From positions 19,952 through 83,951 of the forward strand of contig CAMAYG010000005.1 in NCBI GenBank assembly GCA_945862535.1: DNA of 64,000 nucleotides, read 5' to 3'. Below the pieces are notes generated by a model. That model did no database searches. It saw only the letters and a list, made by a program, of their open reading frames with translations, and had not been told where the DNA came from. The stretch is from Rickettsia typhi. Its GTDB lineage: Bacteria > Pseudomonadota > Alphaproteobacteria > Rickettsiales > UBA1997. Below are positions 46,157-54,853 of this stretch, piece by piece (position 1 is the first letter of the stretch; each line of letters starts with the position of its first letter). The translations under genes and the position numbers were made by a program.

Positions 46157-47233
46157 TTATTGCTCGTTAATTAAGTTGATAATTAATTTTATCATCAATT
46201 CTTTTTCTTTTGGATTGCTTTGTGCAACCAATAATGCCAAGGCTACCAGCCCATTATCATTAATTTTTAATTCGCCAGATTTTTTTAAAGAATGTTGGTT
46301 TTTAGCAAGAAACCAAATAAATAAAAATGCTCCGATTCTTTTATTGCCGTCAGAAAATGGATGATTTTTGATAATAAAATAAAGCAAATGCGAAGCCTGT
46401 TCTTCAATGCTTTTGTAAAGATATTCACCGGCAAAGCTTTGGGTAATATTTCCTAAAATTCCTGCAAAACTGCAATCTTTCTGATTGCCAAAAAGCTCGC
46501 TTGCTTCCTTTTTTTGAATCAACTGCTTTTTTAATTCGTCAATTGCTTCGCAAGCCTCTTTATAGCTAATTTCGTAAGTTATATTTTGATCTAATTTTGC
46601 AAGATGAAGCGAGTCGGAATCGAATTGGTTTAGTAAAATAAAACTACTGGTGTAATTGGTGATAATGTCTAAAAAGCCCTTACTTTCAAGGGCTGAGAGC
46701 TCTTTTAAGTCAACAGAATTTTGAATTAATTTAATGGTTTTTTGTAGTTCAATAAGATTTTCTTGATATTCCTTAACCCGCTTTTCATTAATCGCAAAGC
46801 CTTTCGTCAAATAGTTTTTAAGCCTTTCCGTTGCCCAAATTCTAAATTGTGTTCCTTGTTTTGAATTAACTCGATAGCCAACCGAGATAATAGCATCAAG
46901 ATTAAAATGCTCAACTTGATAAATTTTTTGATCGGATCCACTTGTTGCAGAAAATGCAACAACTTGATTTCTATCTAATTCTTCTTCGGCAAAAATATTT
47001 TTCAAATGTCTCGAAATTACCGATTTATCGCGATCAAAAAGTTGAGCGATCTGATTTAAAGAAAGCCACAAAGTTTCTTTTTCAAACTTAATTGCAATTT
47101 GAGCAGAGCCGTTTTTTTCCTGATAAATCTCGATTTTATTTTGTAGAGCAGTGTTTTGCGGAGCCTTATCTTTTATGGCCTTATTAGCTGTTGTGGTTTT
47201 AATTTTCGTAGTGTTTTTGTTAATTTTTGTCAT
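46157..47233 (-). CDS. RhuM-like N-terminal domain fused to Fic/Doc-family domain
   Basis: The N-terminal part (WLSLNQIAQLFDRDKSVISRHLKNIF...ISVGYRVNSKQGTQFRIWAT) is RhuM-like. The C-terminal motif HPFSDGNKRIGAF is the Doc-type variant (Lys instead of Gly) of HxFx(D/E)GNGR. It ends 8 nt upstream of hsdM'. Confidence 0.75.
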   Translation of the reverse strand: MTKINKNTTKIKTTTANKAIKDKAPQNTALQNKIEIYQEKNGSAQIAIKFEKETLWLSLNQIAQLFDRDKSVISRHLKNIFAEEELDRNQVVAFSATSGSDQKIYQVEHFNLDAIISVGYRVNSKQGTQFRIWATERLKNYLTKGFAINEKRVKEYQENLIELQKTIKLIQNSVDLKELSALESKGFLDIITNYTSSFILLNQFDSDSLHLAKLDQNITYEISYKEACEAIDELKKQLIQKKEASELFGNQKDCSFAGILGNITQSFAGEYLYKSIEEQASHLLYFIIKNHPFSDGNKRIGAFLFIWFLAKNQHSLKKSGELKINDNGLVALALLVAQSNPKEKELMIKLIINLINEQ

Positions 47234-47560
47234 GATTATGTGGTTATTAATGGTAAAAATTGGTGAAATTTTATTAACTAAACAACCTTCAAAAGCCTTT
47301 TTAATATGCTTTATTTAGTTTTGATAGTTATTTAGTGCAGATTCTATGCCCTTAGATTATTGCAAATAGTTATTTTAGATTCAAGAATATTAAAGATTTA
47401 TTTTGTTCGGCGAGGTATTTACTATCTACGGACCTTACAACTTCGCTTCGCTCCGCGGTCGAAGGTGAAGACGGGGTTTTAGGCAGTTAAAATCGCTTTT
47501 CCTTGCGAACTTTCTCTGCCGTCATCCTGCACGGAAGCTTGCGAAGATCCACCTTCTGCC

Positions 47561-47668
47561 GTCATCTTCGCACAAGTTGCAGGATCCAGGGCAATGAAAT
47601 CAATATTAAAGTGAACTCCGCTAAGTGTATTATAAATCCATGGATCCTGCAACTTCGTGCAGGATGAC
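47561..47668. repeat. family-1 palindromic MITE-like element, full copy
   Basis: It reads GTCATCTTCGCACAAGTTGCAGGATC-CAGGGCAATGAAATCAATATTAAAGTGAACTCCGCTAAGTGTATTATAAATCCATG-GATCCTGCAACTTCGTGCAGGATGAC. Confidence 0.85.
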
Positions 47669-47826
47669 AAGGGAGCGAGTGCAGGATGACAAGGGAGCGA
47701 GTGCCGTTATTAACTATGGATATTTGCAACTTCGCTTTCGCTTCGTGCGCAGGATGACGGCGGGGGGAGTTTTTGGGCAAGGTGACGAGCTGAGGCGGTT
47801 TTGTAAGCCAATAAAACCTCGTTCAT

Positions 47827-47958
47827 TCGGCAACAAGGGGTTTCAACCCCTTGTCTCGTCACGAAGGCGAGCGAAATGAAATCGACTGCAAAGTTATTAA
47901 TGGCAGAATCGGTCCACCCTCGCATTCACCACAAGGGGTTAAAACCCCTTGTTGCCGA
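47827..47958. repeat. family-2 MITE-like element (132 bp) with ~28-bp terminal inverted repeats
   Basis: The left end is TCGGCAACAAGGGGTTTCAACCCCTTGT. The reverse complement of the right end is TCGGCAACAAGGGGTTTTAACCCCTTGT (27/28 identical). Each TIR itself contains a 9-bp-stem hairpin, CAAGGGGTT..AACCCCTTG. Confidence 0.8.
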
Positions 47959-47972
47959 CAATTTTCCACGCC

Positions 47973-48089
47973 GTCATCTTCGCACAAGTTGCAGGATCCA
48001 GAGTAATAAAATCAATAAAAACAGCACTTCGCTAAATATATTTACTATCCATGGATCCTGCAACTTCGCTTCGCTTCGTGCAGGATGAC
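47973..48089. repeat. family-1 palindromic MITE-like element, full copy
   Basis: It reads GTCATCTTCGCACAAGTTGCAGGATC-CAGAGTAATAAAATCAATAAAAACAGCACTTCGCTAAATATATTTACTATCCATG-GATCCTGCAACTTCGCTTCGCTTCGTGCAGGATGAC. Confidence 0.85.
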
Positions 48090-48223
48090 AAGGGAGCGAG
48101 TGCAGGATGACAAGGGAGCGAGTGCCGTTATTAACTATGGATATTTGCAACTTCGTGCAGAATCCATAGCAGAAAAGTCGAACAACAGCAACACCGCCAT
48201 ATTCTCGCGAACTCTCTTAATTG

Positions 48224-48445
48224 TCATCCTGCACGAAGTTGCAGGATCCAGAGTGTTGTTTTTAAACTACCTTTTTCTATAACAAACTTAGCGTCATTGA
48301 TGTTAAGTTGTGCAAGAATTTCGTTAAGTCCGTTATAAAATACCACTACCTGTTCGGGTGTTAAATACTCTTTATACTCAATTTTCAGATCTGCCGTCTC
48401 TGGTGGAAATAAGTTTGCTTGTGGAGATAAGTTTGCTTCTTTCAT
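48224..48445 (-). CDS. small hypothetical ORF coupled to the type IIG gene; C-terminus and stop supplied by a solo family-1 hairpin
   Basis: The start lies 3 nt after the upstream stop codon. The last ~8 codons (..LWILQLRAG*) are encoded by GTCATCCTGCACGAAGTTGCAGGATCC (48223-48249). Confidence 0.35.
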   Translation of the reverse strand: MKEANLSPQANLFPPETADLKIEYKEYLTPEQVVVFYNGLNEILAQLNINDAKFVIEKGSLKTTLWILQLRAG

Positions 48446-48448
48446 ACT

Positions 48449-51400
48449 CTACTCAACTAAACCCTCCACCACTGCAATTTCCTCTTCACTCAAGCCATAT
48501 AAAGCATAAACCATTTTGTCGATTTCTGTGTCGGTTTGAGTGAAGGCTGATTTCAATTTCCTTATTTCGGCTTGTTTTTCTTCAAAGCGTTCAAGCCATT
48601 TTTCTTCTTGTTTTGCCGTTAATTCAAATTTTTGCTTTGCAATTTCCGATAAAAACTCATTCCAAGAAAGCTCACTCCATTTTTGGATTTGTTTGTTGAT
48701 ATTGATTTTTGGAAAATCGCCAGCAAGGAGCTTAAAGAACTGCTGATTTATTGTGTTGACTGTGTTGTTCGTTTCAATCATCAATTCAACTTTTTTGACA
48801 ATCTCCGCTTGTTTATCATCGCTTGCAATGGCAAGTGGTATTTTACAAAGTGGTTCTATGTCTATTTGGTAATTTGAGCCCTGCATTTTACCTTTGTTTT
48901 TTAAGTAAAATGCTATTAACTTTGAATTCAAAAGCCCTGTGAGGTATTTAAGATTTATGTCCGTTGGCTTGATGACATAAAAAGTTGCGGAAACATAAGA
49001 GTCAAAATCAACATAGCTAAATCTTGGTTTTTCTGTGCATTTTCTAAGTGATATTATTTTCTCACCAATAAAAAAGTCCTCATCCCTTGCTCTGTGTAAG
49101 CCATAAGGTGCATTGTCGGATGTTATAACTTTTACAAACTTATCCAAATGTTTTTTTATGTTTGGATATTCCTTGATTTTATCAGGCTTTTTAAAGCTTG
49201 AATCTGTGTAAATTGTCCACCTTGTGTTTTTGTTGTCGGCAAAATATCTATCAATTTGCTCGGTAGTGTATTCTGGTTTTACAATTTCAAGTTCTTTTGT
49301 GGTTAAACTCAAAGCATCCTTTTCTGCCGTTGTTATGCTAAAAATTCCATCGCCAACTTTAAAATCTTTGCCGAGGGTTTCTTGGCTTTTCTTGTTAACC
49401 GCATCTTGTGGAAATACTATGCCTTGAGCGACATCATTTTCCTTCAGCTTATAAATACCAATCTTTTCAATTTTGTTTATAATTGGGGTAAATTCTTGTT
49501 TTACAAAGTGAATTGTATTATCAATTAAGCTTGCACTTTCAAGCTCTATTGTTTCAAATGTGGTTTTTTGAAGGCTGTCAGCAATTGCAACTTGCTTGTG
49601 TGTGAATAACTTACCTTCTGCGTTGCTAAGCTTGCAATGCTCAACTTCGTGTCTTTCTGTTGGTGTTTTATGCAAGAAAAATATCATTGTTTGAATATCG
49701 GCGGCTTTAAAAACCTTGTTATCACTAAAGTCTATATATCTTATAAGCTGTGAGCTTTGTATTATCTTGTTTCTTGTTTTTGAAGCTCCGTGGTTGGTAA
49801 CCCAGCTACTTGGTGCAATGTAAGATAAATACCCATCATCATTTAGCAAATCCAAACCCAAACAAGCAAAAAACTGCCAAAAGTCCATTTTGCCTTGATA
49901 ATATTGCGAAATAAACGGCGGTTTATTTTGTGCCGAAGTGTTTTTATGAATTTTATATCTAGAATTATTAGGGTTTAGTGGCTCAAAAATCTCTCTGTGT
50001 TTATCTTCTTTAATATAAGGAGGATTGCCAACAATAACATCAAACTTGAAGCCAAATTCCTTTTGCCAATCAAATGCGAGTGATTTACTAAATAGATTTA
50101 CTTGTTTTTCTTTGTCTAAATCACCTAGCATATCGTTGGCATTTGCTATTAGTTCGTAAACAACTTTACCTTCATATTCATCATATCTTCCTGCGATATT
50201 TTCATCTTCAATAAGGCTATTGCCAATTTTTATATTTCCATCCAGACTTAAGAGCTTTTCTTTGTTATATGCTGTTTTTAGCCATAATGAAAGCTTTGTG
50301 ATTTCGGCGGAGTTTGGGTTTATATCAACCCCGTAAATATTGTTTTGTAGAATAAACTTGTAATTATTATCAATGCCTAGCTTTTTCCATTCGTGCAGTA
50401 AAAAATCTAAAACTTCAACCAAAAATGCACCACTTCCACAAGCTGGGTCAAGAACTTTTATTGATGACAAAGATTTTTTACACTCCTCTAAAAACTCATC
50501 TGAACCCTCCTCATAAGTTTTTGTAATTTGTATCTTTTTATCATTAAACCATTTGCCAATTGCCTCGCTTACTATATATTTTGTAACATAAGAAGGTGTG
50601 TAATAAACTCCAAATTTTTCTTGTTCGTTCTTTTCTTTTACTATATTATCTTTATCCTCTTCGGCTTCGTTTTGCAAATCTGATATAGATTTTTCAAAAA
50701 TATGCCCTAAAATTTCAACATCAAGCTCACTTCTAAAAGCATAATCAAGAACAAATAGCAATCTGTCAATTTCATCATCTTCAATGTGAAGCTCATCAAT
50801 AAATTTATCTTCCTTAAACAAACCTCCATTAAATGCTGGTATTTGTGGATTGATTTTGTTATTACCGATATTTATTGAATGAAAGACATCTTTTAAGTGT
50901 TTATATTTGCTTCCATGTCTTTGTTTTTTAACATCATTATCCAAGGTGTCGTAAGGCATCAAGCCTCTTTCTTGGCAAAATACAATAAAAATTATCCTTC
51001 TAAGCAGTTTATCTGAAGCATACAGGCAAAAACCTTTTCGTTCTTGTAAATGATTAGTGCTAATTAAATGCTCCTTTAGTAAGGTTCTATTTGTTTTGTA
51101 GAGACTGTAAAACTCTTCTTGAATTTTTTCTTTATTCTCCTCTCTATCAAGGATAATATTATGAACGGATGATTTTAAATACTGAACCGTAAATAAATTT
51201 CCATTAGCAAGCAGTAGGTGAAATTCCTTAATTTTGTTATCGTCGCTTGCTAGCTCCTCAATAGTAAAAGAGTGGTATTTATTTGCATCTGTTGATTTAT
51301 ATAATCTTATTTCTTTAAAATTACTAACAATAACAAATTCGCATTTGCCACCAACTTTTGGTGCATATAAAAAACCCTGCTCAACAGGTGTAATTGTTAA

Positions 51401-51802
51401 GCCTTTTCTATTTTGATTTCTATCAAGACTAACATCTGCACCCTTAAGCTCAATAACAACACGAATATCACCTGCATTGATGTTGTCTCCTTTGGTTATG
51501 TCTTTGTCTTTGTATCCTTTTAGATTAAATCCAATAATTCCATCAGGTCTTCTGCCGTCATTAGTTCCAGATTCCCACCACAGGTTATTTTCTTCGTTGC
51601 CAGTTTCTCCAATATAGCCTAATATTTTACAGAAAAAATCTTGCAAGAAGTTGTGTTGATGTTGAATTTCATTTTCAAGACCTTTTGCCTTGCTCCATCT
51701 TGACAGAATATCATTCTTAATTGTTGCAATATCTTTATCCGACAGTTTGTCATATTTAGAAATATGCTCTGCAAGTGCCTTTTTATTAAATAAACTGGTC
51801 AT
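48449..51802 (-). CDS. type IIG restriction-modification enzyme (fused PD-ExK nuclease + gamma-class N6-adenine methyltransferase + target-recognition/C-terminal domain)
   Basis: 1117 aa. The N-terminal nuclease core is RRPDGIIGF...IRVVIELKGADVSL. Motif I is VLDPACGSGAFLVEV and motif IV is DVIVGNPPYIKE. The C-terminal tail ..DKMVYALYGLSEEEIAVVEG is typical of Eco57I/MmeI-type enzymes. Confidence 0.8.
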   Translation of the reverse strand: MTSLFNKKALAEHISKYDKLSDKDIATIKNDILSRWSKAKGLENEIQHQHNFLQDFFCKILGYIGETGNEENNLWWESGTNDGRRPDGIIGFNLKGYKDKDITKGDNINAGDIRVVIELKGADVSLDRNQNRKGLTITPVEQGFLYAPKVGGKCEFVIVSNFKEIRLYKSTDANKYHSFTIEELASDDNKIKEFHLLLANGNLFTVQYLKSSVHNIILDREENKEKIQEEFYSLYKTNRTLLKEHLISTNHLQERKGFCLYASDKLLRRIIFIVFCQERGLMPYDTLDNDVKKQRHGSKYKHLKDVFHSINIGNNKINPQIPAFNGGLFKEDKFIDELHIEDDEIDRLLFVLDYAFRSELDVEILGHIFEKSISDLQNEAEEDKDNIVKEKNEQEKFGVYYTPSYVTKYIVSEAIGKWFNDKKIQITKTYEEGSDEFLEECKKSLSSIKVLDPACGSGAFLVEVLDFLLHEWKKLGIDNNYKFILQNNIYGVDINPNSAEITKLSLWLKTAYNKEKLLSLDGNIKIGNSLIEDENIAGRYDEYEGKVVYELIANANDMLGDLDKEKQVNLFSKSLAFDWQKEFGFKFDVIVGNPPYIKEDKHREIFEPLNPNNSRYKIHKNTSAQNKPPFISQYYQGKMDFWQFFACLGLDLLNDDGYLSYIAPSSWVTNHGASKTRNKIIQSSQLIRYIDFSDNKVFKAADIQTMIFFLHKTPTERHEVEHCKLSNAEGKLFTHKQVAIADSLQKTTFETIELESASLIDNTIHFVKQEFTPIINKIEKIGIYKLKENDVAQGIVFPQDAVNKKSQETLGKDFKVGDGIFSITTAEKDALSLTTKELEIVKPEYTTEQIDRYFADNKNTRWTIYTDSSFKKPDKIKEYPNIKKHLDKFVKVITSDNAPYGLHRARDEDFFIGEKIISLRKCTEKPRFSYVDFDSYVSATFYVIKPTDINLKYLTGLLNSKLIAFYLKNKGKMQGSNYQIDIEPLCKIPLAIASDDKQAEIVKKVELMIETNNTVNTINQQFFKLLAGDFPKININKQIQKWSELSWNEFLSEIAKQKFELTAKQEEKWLERFEEKQAEIRKLKSAFTQTDTEIDKMVYALYGLSEEEIAVVEGLVE

Positions 51803-51828
51803 AATTATCTGATTAATGTGCCGTTATA

Positions 51829-52728
51829 TTAGATTTGTTTTTTGCGGTGTAGCAAATATAATTGCCAAGAATTATAAAAATTTTGAATAACCAAATAGGC
51901 AATGGGGCATATTGCAACCAATGGATTAAAGAATTGATTGGCAACCCAAATGGCAATTGTGGTGTTTTTTTGCCCAAATAATTGCGAGGTTTCTTTGGCA
52001 TGGCCAAATTTCTTGCCAATAACACCGCCCATCCAAAAATTGATAAAGCAAAATATTGTTGCTAGTGCAATCATTATTGATATTTGGTTCCAGTCATTTT
52101 GCTGATTATTTTTTAGGAAATCGGCAACGGAAGCAATATTGATAAGCACCACCAGCATCCACAAATAAAAAGCAAAGAAACGGAACTTAAGCAATAATGC
52201 AAATATTTTTGTGGCCTTTTTGTTAAGACTAATAATTTTTGCTAAAACAAATGGCAATAATGAAACGGCGGCAATTTTAACAAAAATACTAGCCAAACTT
52301 AATTTTAGGCCCAAGAAAACCTTAAAAATTATTGGCCAGAATAATACTATCGACAAATTCGAAGCAATAGCCGTAAGCAATGAAAACATTACTCTACCGC
52401 CGATAATTTCTATCATCACCGTGCTACCGCTAGCAACTGGCGAGGTCGACATTAATATTTGCGACATTAGCCAATCTTCTTGCTTAAAAACAAGGTGCAA
52501 CCCCAGATAAATCAAGACTCCAAAGCAAGTTGGTAGCAAAATAATAGTAAAAAATTGCAATAAATCTTGCCAGTTAATTTTTGCACTAACATTTGTTACC
52601 GCCTTAAGTGACGGCAAAAAGAGCATCAAGGCAATTAAATAGGGGCTAAGATAAGAAAAAACAGCGATATAGCTAGAAAAAACCGTGCCAAATAACAGGG
52701 CTAAGAGAATCAGTAAAGATCTAAGCAT
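51829..52728 (-). CDS. polytopic membrane transporter, bile-acid:Na+ symporter (SBF)-like
   Basis: 299 aa with ~9 TM segments. MSTSPVASGSTVMIEIIGGRVMFSLLTAIASNLSIV resembles the SBF family core. The assignment is tentative. Confidence 0.45.
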   Translation of the reverse strand: MLRSLLILLALLFGTVFSSYIAVFSYLSPYLIALMLFLPSLKAVTNVSAKINWQDLLQFFTIILLPTCFGVLIYLGLHLVFKQEDWLMSQILMSTSPVASGSTVMIEIIGGRVMFSLLTAIASNLSIVLFWPIIFKVFLGLKLSLASIFVKIAAVSLLPFVLAKIISLNKKATKIFALLLKFRFFAFYLWMLVVLINIASVADFLKNNQQNDWNQISIMIALATIFCFINFWMGGVIGKKFGHAKETSQLFGQKNTTIAIWVANQFFNPLVAICPIAYLVIQNFYNSWQLYLLHRKKQI

Positions 52729-53926
52729 TGCAAATTCTAACTGCTATCGTGTGATTAATTTCTTGCAATTCATTAATTATTGACTGGTCTATTTCTAAGA
52801 GGTCTAGATCTAGCAATACAAAGCCAATTTTGCCCTCGGTTTGAAGCATTTGACTTGCAACATTTAGCGAATATTTGGCAATAACAAAGTTGATTTTCTC
52901 TAACATTCCGGGAACATTGTGATGAATATGCGAAATTCTAATGCGATTATGCTGTTTTGCCAAATTAACATTAGGAAAATTAACCGCCCCCTGAGTGATG
53001 CCAAATTTTAAATAGTCGACTATTTTGCTTGAAACCTCGATAGCAATATTGTGTTGAGCTTCTTTGGTGCTTCCGCCAATATGGGGAGTAAGTAAAACAT
53101 TGTCGAATTCCATTAATTTAGAATTAAAAGGCATCGAATTGTCTTGGGGCTCTTGCGGAAAAACATCGATAGCGGCACCGCTTAAATGCTTATTTTCAAT
53201 CATCTGAACTAAATCGTCAATTACCACAACATCGCCACGAGAAGCATTGATAAGCTTCGATCCCTTTTTCATCTTTGTTAATTTTGCGAAATCAATCAGG
53301 TTTTTTGTTTGGCTAGTGCTAGGAATATGTAAGGTTACCACATCGGCAATTGCTAATAATTGATTAATATCGCTACAAGCAACGGCGTTGCCTAGGGGTA
53401 ATTTTGACTCGATATCGTAGTAATAAACCTTCATACCAAGGGCCTCCGCCAAAATGCTCAATTGCGAACCAATTCTGCCATAGCCAATAATTCCTAAGGT
53501 TTTACCCCTAATTTCATGACAATTATCGCTGGTTTTTAGCCAATTTCCGCGATGCAATTGGGCATTTTTATAGATTATGTCGCGGAACAACATGATAATT
53601 TCGCCAATTACTAATTCGGCAACACTTCTGGTATTGGAAAAAGGAGCATTAAAAACCGGCACTCCGCTAATTTGAGCCTCGGATAGATCTACCTGATTTG
53701 TGCCAATGCAAAAACAACCAATCGCTAATAAATTCTTGCAATTAGCGAGGATGTTTTTGTTAATATTGCTACGAGATCTGATACACAAAACATTAGCTTC
53801 GGCTAAAATATTGGCAACAGCTGGCGAATCGATATTCTCTTTAAAGCTCGACAAATTGGTAAAGCCTGCATTTCTAAAGCTTTCAAGAGCAATTGAATCG
53901 ATATTTTCAAGAAATACTATTTTCAT
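52721..53926 (-). CDS. serA: D-3-phosphoglycerate dehydrogenase (with C-terminal ACT domain)
   Basis: It has the NAD motif LGIIGYGRIGSQ and the catalytic motifs NASRG..VV and LTPHIGGST. Length is 401 aa. Confidence 0.85.
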   Translation of the reverse strand: MKIVFLENIDSIALESFRNAGFTNLSSFKENIDSPAVANILAEANVLCIRSRSNINKNILANCKNLLAIGCFCIGTNQVDLSEAQISGVPVFNAPFSNTRSVAELVIGEIIMLFRDIIYKNAQLHRGNWLKTSDNCHEIRGKTLGIIGYGRIGSQLSILAEALGMKVYYYDIESKLPLGNAVACSDINQLLAIADVVTLHIPSTSQTKNLIDFAKLTKMKKGSKLINASRGDVVVIDDLVQMIENKHLSGAAIDVFPQEPQDNSMPFNSKLMEFDNVLLTPHIGGSTKEAQHNIAIEVSSKIVDYLKFGITQGAVNFPNVNLAKQHNRIRISHIHHNVPGMLEKINFVIAKYSLNVASQMLQTEGKIGFVLLDLDLLEIDQSIINELQEINHTIAVRICNA

Positions 53927-53951
53927 AATTAAATATTTAATATAATAAATG

Positions 53952-54827
53952 CTAAATTTTAGCTAAAAAGTGATTAAGTAACTTGCTACCATTACCTAAA
54001 TTTAAATAATTTGCTACGGCTTTTGCAATGTAATTATTTGCCCTAACAACTGCATCTTCTAAGTTATAGCCATTTGCCAAATTACAAGCGATTGCCGTTG
54101 CTAAACTGCAACCAGTGCCATGAAATTGCGATTGAATTTTCGTTGCTTCTGCCTTTAGATTCAGCCTCTTATTAACAATATTAAAAAAGCGACCGTCGTT
54201 TTGCAACAACAAATTAGTTATCTTGCCACTATCTTTGCCGTTAGTTTTGTAAAAAGCAAGATGACCGCCTTTTATTAAAATATTTTTAGCACCTATTTTG
54301 GCAATTATTTTTGCCGATTCTTGCATATCTTCTAGGTTGTCAATTTGACAATTGGCAATAATTCTGGCTTCATCGATATTTGGAGTTACCACATCTGCCA
54401 AGGAAATTAGTTTATGTAAAGATTTAAGGGCATTGTTGTCGATAAGTAAATCTCCAGATGTTGCAACCATTACTGGGTCGACCAATAGCAGAATTTTTTC
54501 TTGCCTAATGTTGCAAAAATCTCTTTCTTGCAGAATGGCAATAACTAAATCAATAATTTCGGCACTAAAAAGCATTCCGGTTTTTATTACTTTGATTGGG
54601 AAATCGTCCAGCACCGCCTCGATTTGCTTTTTTATAATATCAAGACCAAGAGGAAGCACCGCTTTAACACCAACAGTATTTTGGGCGGTAATGCAGGTAA
54701 TGGCGGTAGTGGCAAATGTTTTATGGGCGGTTGCCGTTTTAATGTCTGCCTGAATGCCCGCACCTCCACCGCTATCGGAACCAGCAATAATTAAGATTGC
54801 CCGATGTTCTGCCCTATTCTTTGTCAT
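53952..54827 (-). CDS. thiD: hydroxymethylpyrimidine/phosphomethylpyrimidine kinase
   Basis: Motifs are ILIIAGSDSGGGAGIQADIKT, VVDPVMVATSGD and GTGCSLATAIA. Confidence 0.85.
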   Translation of the reverse strand: MTKNRAEHRAILIIAGSDSGGGAGIQADIKTATAHKTFATTAITCITAQNTVGVKAVLPLGLDIIKKQIEAVLDDFPIKVIKTGMLFSAEIIDLVIAILQERDFCNIRQEKILLLVDPVMVATSGDLLIDNNALKSLHKLISLADVVTPNIDEARIIANCQIDNLEDMQESAKIIAKIGAKNILIKGGHLAFYKTNGKDSGKITNLLLQNDGRFFNIVNKRLNLKAEATKIQSQFHGTGCSLATAIACNLANGYNLEDAVVRANNYIAKAVANYLNLGNGSKLLNHFLAKI

Positions 54828-54853
54828 TATTAGATTGATATTTAGATATTATT

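Noticed and set aside
48449-51802. Interpretation of the 1117-aa methyltransferase as BREX PglX.
   Set aside because: No brxA/B/C, pglZ or brxL genes flank it. The N-terminus carries a PD-ExK nuclease core (PDG..IELK), which PglX lacks. A type IIG R-M enzyme fits better.
54352-54753. Long antisense ORFs inside well-supported genes: 133 aa in thiD; 102 aa at 7627..7935 in ccmF; 87-88 aa ORFs in leuC; 104-106 aa ORFs in the VirB6-like gene and tlyC; 1022..1267 opposite gatC; 3637..3951 opposite the secreted protein.
   Set aside because: Each is fully embedded opposite a gene with strong family motifs, has low-complexity composition and has no recognisable motif. They are typical shadow ORFs.
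54828-54853. TPP riboswitch upstream of thiD.
   Set aside because: Only 26 nt separate the cimA stop from the thiD start, which is too short for a THI-box. No THI-box-like CUGAGA element was seen nearby.
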